Source: an uncultured virus (IMG/VR IMGVR_UViG_3300042882_000732) (lineage: Duplodnaviria > Heunggongvirae > Uroviricota > Caudoviricetes). Taken from it: 64,000 nucleotides of DNA. The stretch covers positions 1 through 64,000 of the IMG/VR virus record IMGVR_UViG_3300042882_000732; one strand, 5' to 3'. Positions 11,176-22,200 of the stretch are shown here, in pieces (position 1 is the stretch's first letter; the number at the start of each line of letters is the position of its first letter). The notes under the pieces were generated by a model. It was given only the letters and a program-made list of their open reading frames with translations. It was not told where the DNA came from and made no database searches. Made by a program: the position numbers and the translations under genes.

Positions 11176-11220
11176 AATAGACTCTTTTAATAATGAAGTT
11201 TATATGGCTGTAATGAGATA

Positions 11221-11226
11221 TACACC
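11221..11226 (-). promoter_or_regulatory. Putative late promoter element GGTGTA
   Basis: Intergenic GGTGTA about 45 nt upstream of start 11175. Confidence 0.55.
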
Positions 11227-11227
11227 C

Positions 11228-12121
11228 TTATATATTTGTGACAGGAGTAAACGTGTGGCCAACTGTTCCTCCAATAATGACCGACGAAATAAACGGTATA
11301 CTCTGTGGCTGAGTATCATCCAAAAGAGAAAAATCTTTTAATGGTAGCATGATCACAGAGTCATAACTTTCTTCTGCATCGTCTGGAATAAATTGGGCTA
11401 ATATTTTATTATTTATTGAATATGTCCAATTATTAGATTGGTCTAAAATAGTATATTTAGGATATTCATGTAAATTAATTCCTACACACTCTGACTTTGT
11501 TATTGTAAAACTTCCAGAATATTCACTTTTATTTAATTTAGGATTATTAATAGAAGATTCAATTAGTCCTGCTATAGGAGCTGCATTCAGCTCAAACGTA
11601 AAAGGATCTATATTTTTTCCTATTTTTACTCTAAGAGTTTCTGGTATTAATGGATTAGTTAAAACATCACCCTCTGTTACTAATGATGGAGCTAATTGAT
11701 TAGCTTCTGACATGACGAATAATCTGCCGCCATTAGGACCATAATTAGCAGGAGTTTCAGCTAAAATCTTTCCATTAATAGAGAAAGATGTATTGACAGG
11801 AGAACAATTAACCAAGATATAGTCTATATGAACAATAACATTAGAGATATCTTTTATTTGTAATCTAATTAAAATTTTTGTATATATCTTATGAGACAAT
11901 TTTCCTTTTGCTATTGCTGTAATGGGACTATTATTTGACCCGCTTATTGCGTAAGAAGAAGGAGCAAAAGTAATATCTGTTAAAACATTATCTGGTATAA
12001 TATTAGTAGTGCTAAAATAGCAAATATATTCTTGATGTAAACTCAAAGAGCTTGGAGACGGAAAAGTTAATATAATACCATTTTCTAAATTATTTATATT
12101 AGTATTGAATTCGTTAATCAT
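11228..12121 (-). CDS. Hypothetical protein (tail-tip region)
   Basis: 297-aa ORF tightly packed in the operon; no motif recognised. Confidence 0.6.
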   Translation of the reverse strand: MINEFNTNINNLENGIILTFPSPSSLSLHQEYICYFSTTNIIPDNVLTDITFAPSSYAISGSNNSPITAIAKGKLSHKIYTKILIRLQIKDISNVIVHIDYILVNCSPVNTSFSINGKILAETPANYGPNGGRLFVMSEANQLAPSLVTEGDVLTNPLIPETLRVKIGKNIDPFTFELNAAPIAGLIESSINNPKLNKSEYSGSFTITKSECVGINLHEYPKYTILDQSNNWTYSINNKILAQFIPDDAEESYDSVIMLPLKDFSLLDDTQPQSIPFISSVIIGGTVGHTFTPVTNI

Positions 12122-12125
12122 AGTA

Positions 12126-12656
12126 TTACACGCACTGTATTGTTATTAGTTTTTCAATAATTTTTTGACTAATATCTGTTCTTGATACTGAAAACTTGAA
12201 AATACTAGTTGATTGTTGTGGATTCGGTATAGATAAAGTAACACGAACAGAAACCTTTGATTGAGTTATTCCATTATCTGTATATGTACTATAAACAGGT
12301 TCAGATATAGCTATATTACCAACAGAAGAATTATTCGTTAGTTCTACAAATTCAAAAGAGTAATCAGTAAAATCGTTTATTATGGGTAGAACTTCAAATT
12401 CCAGAGCATCACCAGTGCTGCAAAAGTTACTAATTAAATTTGTACTTACTAGCGAAGATTTATAATATAATCTAGCATCTGTTGATAGAGTGTTACTAGG
12501 ACAAACAATTTTACCAGACCATTCTATTATTGATCCGTCAGTAAGTTTGGAATATAATTTACCAGTTTTACTATTCATGACTAATTCACCAATGCTCACC
12601 TGATCTGGGCCAGGGAACCCTAGGCTTGTTTCATCTCTTTTTAATAAAATTTTCAT
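12126..12656 (-). CDS. Small fibre-associated protein with N-terminal KR...GE...GKLY module
   Basis: Start corrected to ATG at 12656 (TAATG overlap with the upstream stop, GGAG RBS). MKILLKRDE...IGELVMNSKTGKLY resembles the N-termini of the fibre genes at 47966 and 51092. Confidence 0.65.
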   Translation of the reverse strand: MKILLKRDETSLGFPGPDQVSIGELVMNSKTGKLYSKLTDGSIIEWSGKIVCPSNTLSTDARLYYKSSLVSTNLISNFCSTGDALEFEVLPIINDFTDYSFEFVELTNNSSVGNIAISEPVYSTYTDNGITQSKVSVRVTLSIPNPQQSTSIFKFSVSRTDISQKIIEKLITIQCV

Positions 12657-15600
12657 TAACACACTCCTGTAAATAATACCATACCAAAGTCCCAATTAGA
12701 AAAACTACTATCTATTGTGTCAAATGGCGCTCCAGGATTTGTTCCAGAAACATAGGAGTAAGCAAATGCACTTTGATTATTTAAACTATTATAATTATTC
12801 CAAGCAGAAACTCTATAATAATAATCTAAACTAGAACTTGTTCCATATATGGTTTCTGAGGTATCATCTATTAAATTAGATGTATTATTGTAATCCTGCC
12901 ATGTTAACCCCTTATCTGTTGACTCTTGAATAGTATAACCTATAATTGCAGATCCTCCAGCATCGCTTGCAGACCAACTTAATGCAATGCTTGATGTATT
13001 ATTATCATTAAAGGTTCTAGTATACGTTATGTTATTTACGGCCTTTGGAGCAGAGGACGCTGGGGTTATTGCTGAAGAATTCTGTGAAAAAGATCCAATT
13101 CCAACATTATTTTGAGCAGCGACCCTAAAACGATAAGTGTTTAAAGAAGATAATCCTAAAATTGAACAATGAGTAGAATTACTTAGTGCCCTGTTTAAAG
13201 TATAATTACCCACAGGCAATCTTGTCCATGTTGAACCAGAATCCAAAGAAAATTCTAGTATATAAGCTAGTATTGAAGTGCCGCCATTACTTTGAGGAGC
13301 TGTCCAAGATAAAGAAACCTCACCATTACCAATACCGTTGCCTTGTGTTGCTGATAGATTTTGAGGAGCAGTTGGAGTTGTGTAATTGGCTGTTGGAATT
13401 TGTGAAACTATTTTGCCATTACGATCTAAAGTTAAAAATGCATTTGCTATATATTTACCAGTATTATTTGTACTTGGAGCTGGTCTTAAATATATATCTT
13501 CAGATACTATTTCGGATGCGTAAGCAATACCATTTACGGTTAAATCTGAATATAAATAACCATATCCTGTTACTGTTATACCATTAGCTTCGTATGTTCC
13601 AGTTGCTAATGAACCTAAAATATATGGAGTATCAGTATTAATAGTGGTTTTAGATTTTCTATCATAAGACCATCCTGATGCAGTTGACTTGGCTCTGTCT
13701 AAAAATGTAGTAAAAGAAACTCCACCATAAGCATTTCCACTCAATGCATTATTAATTTTGGGATACAAATATAAACCTGGGTCACCAGTATTAGCATAGG
13801 CTCTGATACCCTGATCAAAAGTAGTTACAACTTTATTGTTTATTATTGAAGAAGTTGATGATGATATTACATTTCCCGAAATATCTATTTGTTCAAGACT
13901 TATGTACTGTACTTTTTTGGCTCTTATTCCACTTGATTCTATTATGCCTGGACTGACTAGCGCGGGAACATCAGAGCTTGCTGATCCAACCATAATATTA
14001 TCTGAATACAGCCAGCCACTAACTGTTAAACTTGCTGGAATGTTACTGGGTTGTTGAAAAATTACATTTTGCCCAGATGGTATAGTGAATAAGTTTGATG
14101 TATTGATTCCTACACTTGAACCACTAGCTTGTACAAATAAAGCTGGACTATTATTCAATCCATAGATTTCAAAATTTGTATCTTTTTTGGATGTATTAAA
14201 TACTGTACTGAAATTGGGTCTAATGCTCAAAATATGAGATGTTGAGTCGGAAGTTTCATTGTCTGCGTATCTAAAAAGACTTAAATATCCACCCTTGGTA
14301 ATAGACTGTATAGTAATATCGTTAGTATCACCAAAAGGAACGGCTGTATCTAATAACATTTCTGTAATTTGATTACCACCATTTAGTGTTATTGTATCTA
14401 TATTTCTATAATAATTAGTGCCCGATAAACTAATTAGTATTTGATCATCAACAGAAAACTCATTTGAACTAATTGGATTTACTAATATAACTTGTCTTAA
14501 ACATACTGTAGCTGATTTTGGAGAATATTTATTCCATGTTATATCTTTTTGCGTTAAGAAATAATCATCTGTATTATAAATACCAGTTACCAAGCCATTG
14601 GATGTTGTACTGAGTATTCTGTTTGAGGGAATAGGTAAATTTAAAGACCCATTGCTATTAATTGTTATCTGACTATTAGCAATTTTACCATTAGACATTG
14701 TTAACAATCCACTTTGAGATAAACTGCTAACATAAATATTTGGAGAAGTTATATTTTGAGAATTAATTGTATTTAAATATGAAATACCAGTTATTGTTAC
14801 TGTTTCAGATGATACTGTGGTTGATGAGGATCCGACCTCTATCTGGTTTGACCCATTAGACAGTATCATATTTCCATTATTATTAATAGTAATTTTAGTG
14901 TTTGGATATCCTAAAATAGTATTTTCAACACTAGTATTGAGTGTTTTTACCCCTGTACTTCCTGATACAACTATCAAATCAATCGCGCCTCTTTCGGATC
15001 CATGAGATGAACTTACTGCTCTAGCTTCTATTTTTCCATAGTTTGTTTGGATGCCAGAAGAATTAGATGCTGATAATTGTAGTCTTGAGACTATAGTATT
15101 AGCTGGAATATTAGTTGATGGTTTATAATATAAAGTAATATTTGTAGGATAAGTCGAGGCCCTATTTTCTAATCTAATACCTTCTTGACAATTTTGACAT
15201 AGATTATTAACTATGTGTAATAATGTTGATGGCTTTACTCCTGATGGCATATTAATACCTAATTTACCATCATACGAGAAAAATAAATTTCTATTATCTG
15301 TACCACTACCATAAACTATAAAATCATTAGCTGCATTGTTTTTATTAAATAGAAAATTATTTGTTCCTGATGTCGCAAGAACCGAGTTCGCATCATTGAG
15401 GTTATCAGCACCCAATAATAGAGCTTGTCCACTAGCAGTAGAATACCAGTACGCTTGTGAGGATCCAAAAGTTGTATCATCATATTTATATTGTAAAGAA
15501 TAGTTAGAGCCTACAGGATTAGATAACATTGATACTGAATCATTTTCAGATAATGACTGTATATTAGCAGACTCTGATATTTTGTTTAGTACTACCCAAT

Positions 15601-16174
15601 CCTCGCCAGTAGAAACCAGTCTGATATAATTATTGCTACCCACAAGAACAGTTAATACTCTATCGTTATAATCTCTAATAGTTAAAGCATTAGATGATTG
15701 TATTACTTTAAATTCTAGAAAAATATCTTTTTTAGATGGACTTGGTAATGTTAGAGATATGTCTCCATTAGAAGTATCTACTAAATATATAGCACTTATA
15801 TTATCTAATATTGAGCTACGATCTAATATAATAACATTATTTAATAGTGTATCAAAATAACTTTGATTAGCAAAAACATAAAATTCATTACCAGAATCTG
15901 GAAAGAAAACTGATTTATTTTCATTAGAAGATGATGAAATAGAGTTTCTTTTAACGGAGATATTACCAGCGCCATCAAATACTATTTCTCCAACACCAGT
16001 TTCAAAATATTGATAAGATATATTTCTTGCTATATAAGGTATATAAAAACCAACATGAGTAGAATTTAATGAATTATAATTTTTAAGTTTTGATAAAATT
16101 TTAAAATGATCATTTTCTATCGTAAATGAAAATCCAACATTATCAAATACTTTTATTAGTTTATTATTTATCAT
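12656..16174 (-). CDS. Tail-associated protein with two C-terminal fibronectin type III domains
   Basis: PTAPQNL...VSLSWTAP.SNGG..I..Y....Y.FRVAAQN.VG.G, and a second repeat ending YYYRVSAWN; YLVDTSNGDISLTLP fibre-like motif. Confidence 0.75.
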   Translation of the reverse strand: MINNKLIKVFDNVGFSFTIENDHFKILSKLKNYNSLNSTHVGFYIPYIARNISYQYFETGVGEIVFDGAGNISVKRNSISSSSNENKSVFFPDSGNEFYVFANQSYFDTLLNNVIILDRSSILDNISAIYLVDTSNGDISLTLPSPSKKDIFLEFKVIQSSNALTIRDYNDRVLTVLVGSNNYIRLVSTGEDWVVLNKISESANIQSLSENDSVSMLSNPVGSNYSLQYKYDDTTFGSSQAYWYSTASGQALLLGADNLNDANSVLATSGTNNFLFNKNNAANDFIVYGSGTDNRNLFFSYDGKLGINMPSGVKPSTLLHIVNNLCQNCQEGIRLENRASTYPTNITLYYKPSTNIPANTIVSRLQLSASNSSGIQTNYGKIEARAVSSSHGSERGAIDLIVVSGSTGVKTLNTSVENTILGYPNTKITINNNGNMILSNGSNQIEVGSSSTTVSSETVTITGISYLNTINSQNITSPNIYVSSLSQSGLLTMSNGKIANSQITINSNGSLNLPIPSNRILSTTSNGLVTGIYNTDDYFLTQKDITWNKYSPKSATVCLRQVILVNPISSNEFSVDDQILISLSGTNYYRNIDTITLNGGNQITEMLLDTAVPFGDTNDITIQSITKGGYLSLFRYADNETSDSTSHILSIRPNFSTVFNTSKKDTNFEIYGLNNSPALFVQASGSSVGINTSNLFTIPSGQNVIFQQPSNIPASLTVSGWLYSDNIMVGSASSDVPALVSPGIIESSGIRAKKVQYISLEQIDISGNVISSSTSSIINNKVVTTFDQGIRAYANTGDPGLYLYPKINNALSGNAYGGVSFTTFLDRAKSTASGWSYDRKSKTTINTDTPYILGSLATGTYEANGITVTGYGYLYSDLTVNGIAYASEIVSEDIYLRPAPSTNNTGKYIANAFLTLDRNGKIVSQIPTANYTTPTAPQNLSATQGNGIGNGEVSLSWTAPQSNGGTSILAYILEFSLDSGSTWTRLPVGNYTLNRALSNSTHCSILGLSSLNTYRFRVAAQNNVGIGSFSQNSSAITPASSAPKAVNNITYTRTFNDNNTSSIALSWSASDAGGSAIIGYTIQESTDKGLTWQDYNNTSNLIDDTSETIYGTSSSLDYYYRVSAWNNYNSLNNQSAFAYSYVSGTNPGAPFDTIDSSFSNWDFGMVLFTGVC

Positions 16175-16208
16175 TTAATTTATACCTTATGAAATATACA
16201 AAATATTT

Positions 16209-19200
16209 TTATGATGGTCGTCCCATAATACTTGGTTTAGCGGCACTATTCATGCCTCCTTCAAAAACAGTTTTATCATATTGCATGACGGTGTCTTGGG
16301 CAATATTTTTTGAACTAACAGAAGTATTGTCGTATATATTTTTTTCCATATTACCTTTTATAGATTCTAAACCAATATGGTGAAGTGATGTTGTTTGCGT
16401 AACATTAGCAGATAATGACGTTGGTATAGCATTTGCATGTTCTCCAAATTGAGCGGTGGCTGTTTGGAATGTGTTGATAGATGATGACAAACTTTTTTGT
16501 GCAGCACCAAACTGTTCAGTAAAATTAGCCCCAATTTGCTCTGTATATTCATTAAATTGACCAATAGCATTTGTAACAGCATCCTGTATGGATGATGATA
16601 TATTAGCCGTATCTATACTAACATTATTAGATACACCACCGGCAGAGGATGCGGTTTGTTTAAGTGTCTGTACAACATTAGAAAGAGGTGCTAGTTGTGA
16701 GGCTCCACCAGAAGAATTCATGCCAGTATTTGATAATTTATTTAATAGTTCTGGTAATATATTAGAATTTGATATACTAGCCATTGATCGACCACCAGCA
16801 GCAAGATATTGTGGACCGACTATACCTCCATTGGCCAAATAATTAACAATTCCGCCTCTATTTAAATGACCACTATTAATAGCATTGAGAAGTGGCATAT
16901 GTTTTTTAGTAGCTTGTCTATTTATTACAAATTCTCCTTTAGTTAACATTGCAGGAGTATCATCTGTAGTTCCATTGTTAGCATTAATAAAAGCTCCATT
17001 ATTAGCATATACTAATCCTCCCTTACTATATCCATGGAATTTCATTAATTTTTTTAAAATATTTTCTGCTCTTTTATTACCCTTTACCTTTTCCATATGT
17101 TGCATCAAGGTGCTTAGTAGTTCATATGGGGCTTTTTTGATTTGACTTGCAGAATATCCTTTGCCTCCTGTTATAGCAACTAATCCCTTCGGATCATCAA
17201 CAAATGACTCGATTTCCTTCATTAGTCCTGATAGCTGTATTTTTTTACCTCCAAAAGGATCACCCTTCATTCCAGCAGTTTTAGTTTGAAAAGAGTGGGC
17301 TAATTCATGCTGTACTACTGATGTTTTTGTCTTAGCGTCCTTAAATATCATTTTGTTACCTGAAGTAACCATGCCGTCTGGGGCTTTTACCGGACCTATG
17401 GTCTTAGCAACTTTCTTTTTGGCCTCAGCTAGTGCTTTAGGATCAACAGATACCGATTGCGGTGTAGACTTTTCAACAAATTCTGACAAGAACTGATCTC
17501 TTTTTGCTGGAGTAGCATAATCAGCCAAATCACTAGCTAAATTCTCTTGAACTTGTCTTAGTGTTTTGGTATCAGTAACATCTATAACTTCTGGAAGTGG
17601 TCGTTTGATTGGTAATGTTGTTGCATCTGGTTTTGTTCTGGCCATAAATTCTTCAGCAGTAACTCTTGGCTTGCTGGCTCTGGCAGCAGATCTTGCTTCT
17701 TCTGCACGTTTTGTATATTCTGCTGCCGTAATTCTGGGCTTAGCAGCTGATTTGGCAGCTTCTTGTAAAGGATCTAATATTGGTTGTGATTGTTTTGCTG
17801 ATTTACCAAGTTTAGACATATCCATAGGGTCACTGCGTAATGACGGCACTTTTACTTCTCTCAAATCTTTTAATGATCTAGATAAAGCTTCCCCTCTGCT
17901 TAACCGTCCCATGGACCCTATAGAACCTGTAGCCTCTGAAGGTATTGGCAATTTTTCTACATAATTTTGGATCATTTTAGGAATAGTAGATTCTGTGGCA
18001 CTGGCTATGGATGATCTTTGTGCTGCTTCGTAGGCTCTTTGCGAAACTTTATAGGCTTTTTCTGCAGCTTTGTCCATATCATCCAATCTGCCAGCAACGC
18101 TTCTAACTTTACCAGCTCCAGGAATTGGTAATGGCATAACCGAATCAGCAGTAACATCTCTAATCACATTAGCGGCCCTAACTACGGGCCCTAAAGGTCC
18201 AGCTTCAGAAACATTTCTTTCGTCGAATATCATTCCTGCTGAATTATTTTTAAGTAAAGGATCTGCTTCTAATCCAAAAGGAATACCGGCATAGGTGGCT
18301 AATCTGCCTGTTTGTTCAGCTAGTCTATTAATATCTGAAATACCAGCACCAACAGAATCAGACGCTTGACTTAATGCCTTATCGCCAAAAGCTCTAGCCA
18401 TAGTATCGTCATAACCAAGCACCTTTTGAGTTTCTGCAATGCCTAATGATGCCCCACCCAACAATGCTCCCCCACCTCCGCCAATAATTCTAAAGGGACT
18501 AGTAGCTACTGCAGTAAGATCTCCAATGTATCTGCCTGTAGTTCCAAGACCTCTATAAAAAGAATTACTACTATTTTCAAAACTAAAATCTTTATTTCCA
18601 GCTAGTTTTTCTCTTTCTCTATAAGCATCACGACGAGCATTAATGTCTTTCATGTCTTGACTATCATTACGAGCACGATCTTGTGGTAATGCTCCAACAA
18701 TAGCTTGTGTTAAAGTATCTCCAACATAAGCAGCATTTCCTAGTGGCCCCTCATAATTTTTAGCCCTATCGAATGTTTCTCGTGTTTTTTTCTCTTCGTC
18801 TTTTATTCTTGTATTTTCATTATTACGCCCTACTGATGGATCCATTCTAGTAGCTCTACCAAGAGCATCGGCTGCTGTATCTCCATATGTGGATCTAAAT
18901 GCCGCAGCATATTGTGGTTCCGTCATATTAACAACATGGGAAACCCCTGCCTTAAATCCTTCAGCAGATGCCTCATTTTCTTTTCTTATTCTTGCTTGTC
19001 TGTCAAGATAATCTTGTCTTGCTCCTTGAGCAGCAAAGTAGTCCTCAGCACTAGTATATTGTTTAGCTCCCCATCTTTCAGCATTTTTTCTAGATGAGTA
19101 ATATGATTCTGGCTGACGACCAATAGGATTCATGTTACCAGAAAAATTAACTCTTGCGCTATCTCTTTCTCTTTTTCTCTTGTCTATTTCTTCGTTTGAA

Positions 19201-22200
19201 AAGTCTGGTCGTCCATCTCCGTCGTTGTCTGCTCTGGCTTCATTTAGTCTTTGTTCATAATAGTCTATTACTTTTTTACCTTCGTCTTTTCTTTTTTCCA
19301 CTATGCTTTTTGATCTTTCAGCCTGTGATTGTATGGCATTTTTAGCTGCTGCATTGGCTTCTGCTAATGTTCCGCCATTATTAGCAACTGCATTAAATGC
19401 TCGTCTGCTTGCTGAAGATCCAATAAATTCTTTGGTTAGTCGTTCAGTTTTAGTGGTTTGATCACCAGATGTTGGGGTGGCTATGGAATAATCTGGTGTT
19501 TTTTTATTTAAGGCTTGGTTTATAATATTTGTAGTTAAAGCTGCTTGTCTTTTTTCTCTTGCTGGATTATTCTCTATAGGTCTCTCTATAGGTCCACCAA
19601 AAAGTATTTGTTCCAAAAGGTCTGCTGTTTCTTGATCAGCCTCTGTTGACAATCCTAATGCTAATCCAGCCATTTTTCTCTTTTTAGCCTGATTAGCCTC
19701 ATAAGCTCTATTATTAGCTGTACGATTAACCATTCCTTCTGAAGGATTTCCTGTTTGAACACCTGAAGAGACTGCAGGATCGGCTATGTCAGGTCTTGCA
19801 CTCTGATTTATTCTAGCGACAGTTGCTGGATCAATAGGGTCGGGTTTTCCTCCGTTACTAGTTATTGGAGGCAACGCAGCACTAAATGATAGGGCTCGTA
19901 AACTTCCTCTATTTCTAGGATCAGAGCCTAACTCTTTTAGGGCTGATCTTTCTTCTGATGTTATCTCATTAGACTGAGCACCTTTACGATAGGCACTATT
20001 TACTAAAGAAGAAATATTACGATCTTTTTCTACAGTATACGGGCCTACCTCTCTTTTTATTTGATTAGATTTTAAAGTTGCATATTCTGTTTCTTCTTCT
20101 GAGCTTATTCCTTTGCTTCCTTTAAGCCATAATGATCGTCTTCGTGACTCTTCAGATTTAATTTTTTTTCTCTCATTGATAGTTTCTTGTGTTGGTCCAA
20201 TCTTTATTGCCGCTCCTCTGCCCCAAGGTATTTTTGTCATATCGGGTAGAGGAACTGCTACTGGAGCTGGTTGCTCCATAGAGCTTTGAGTCATTTGATT
20301 ATTTGATGCTTCCGTTTCAGCTTCAGCCGCACTAGCTTTTTCAAATCTTTCTTTAGCTCTTTTCTTTTCTTCATTATAAAAATTAACCCCAACAATACCA
20401 GAGTTAGGATCCTCCTTTATACTGCCATATCCTGCATCGTTAGCACTTCTGAGTTGTGCGTCATTCTGTCTATTATTATAATTATCCCATCTGTTTTGAA
20501 ATTCTGGTTCATATTTTTTAGTTTCTGATTGTCTTTGTTCTTCTGTCATACTTTGCCATTTATTACTACCTACCTGAGATTCTGCCCAACTAGATGATGT
20601 TCTAGAAACTACCTCATCAGGTCTTCTTCCGGCTGCTTCTGACATCATCCATGATTCTTTTTGAGCATCTATTCTTTCTTCTTTTCTTTTTTGTACTTCG
20701 CCACCATTGGCTAAATAATTTACTGGCCCTCCTTTACTATATCCGAATGGTCTAGTAAAATATGCTTGTCTATAATCCATTTGTCCAAATGATCTTGTTA
20801 GATATAATTCTTTTCGACGTTGATAAATCTGTCGTTCTTCATCTGTAATTGTTCCATCTTTATTTAGATCTATATCTTCGTCAATATTAGTTCCTGCTTT
20901 ACCACCCTTTTGTAAATAAACCACTCCACCCTTACTATAATTTCCACTATTAATAGCTTTCAATAATGGTAAATGTTTTTGTGTAGACTTAGAATTGATA
21001 ACAAATTCGCCAGGACTTAACATGGCAGGAACAGTGTCGGTACCTTTAGGCTTAAAATCAATAAGCTTTCCACTACTAGCATATATTAATCCTCCAGATG
21101 ATCTGGCCGCAGCAGGAGCAGGAACAGCCACCCCAGGATTAACTATTCTGTTACCAGCAGCGTCCATACCTATATTAGCATTATTCAGATTTCCTTCGAT
21201 GCTTGCTCTTAAATCATCAATACTAATACGTAAATTATCATTAGAATTTTTTAGTATGGATTGTGATTCTAATAAAGCCAGTTCTCCTTGTGCTTTTGTA
21301 GCATCGGCTCTTAATCCAACAGCTTCTAAATATCTTTCAGCAGCCTGTTGCATAGCAGGATCTGCTTTGCGATCCTCTAGGACAGCCAATGACTGTTGAA
21401 CAAGTGGATTATTTATCATTCCACTTTCTATCGCCATTTGTTTGGTTACTTGTAATTGCTGTTTTTGAAAATATTCTGCTACTGCTTGATCAGCATCTAC
21501 TCCTGGTCTTCCTCGGTTCTGAGCATATTGATTTCTTATCTGTAATTCTTGAGCAGCTCTGAATCCGGGATCCTGCATCAATGATAGTGTTTCTTTTCTT
21601 TGATTAGCAAGAACAGTATTTCCGGCGCGAGTTGCTTCTCTTACATTTCCGGTCTTAAATAATGTTTCATTAAATGCTTTTCTAGCGTCTCTTTGATTAT
21701 ATGCACTATTGAGTCCTCCAGAAAGATTTCGTTGTAATCTAATAAAACTTTGATTAAGTTTATCTGCTTCTTCTGGCGTATTAGTTAATAATTGATTAAC
21801 AAAATTTTGTCGATTATTCTGTAATTCTGCAGTATTTTGCAAGTTGTTGAAAGCTTTATCTACTAATTCTGTACTATTAGCAAGCATATCTAATGCTTCT
21901 CTATTATCTCTTAATTGATCATCTAATTTATTAAGCTGTTCAACATTGTTACGCAAAGCGTCTTTATCTGTAAGGGTATTTTGTTGATTCTGTAGAGTAT
22001 CTCTTTGCTCAGCAAGCATTATTTGTCTATTTTTAATTCCCTGAACAGTTGTTTCACCTCCTGCTAAACCACCAACATCACCCATAATTCTATTAAATTG
22101 TTCATCATATGTTTCACCGTATCCACTCAAGACTTCTCTTAGGTTCATATTGCCTTCGTTAGAGATTTCTCTTGATCTTCTAAAATAGTTTTGAGATTCT

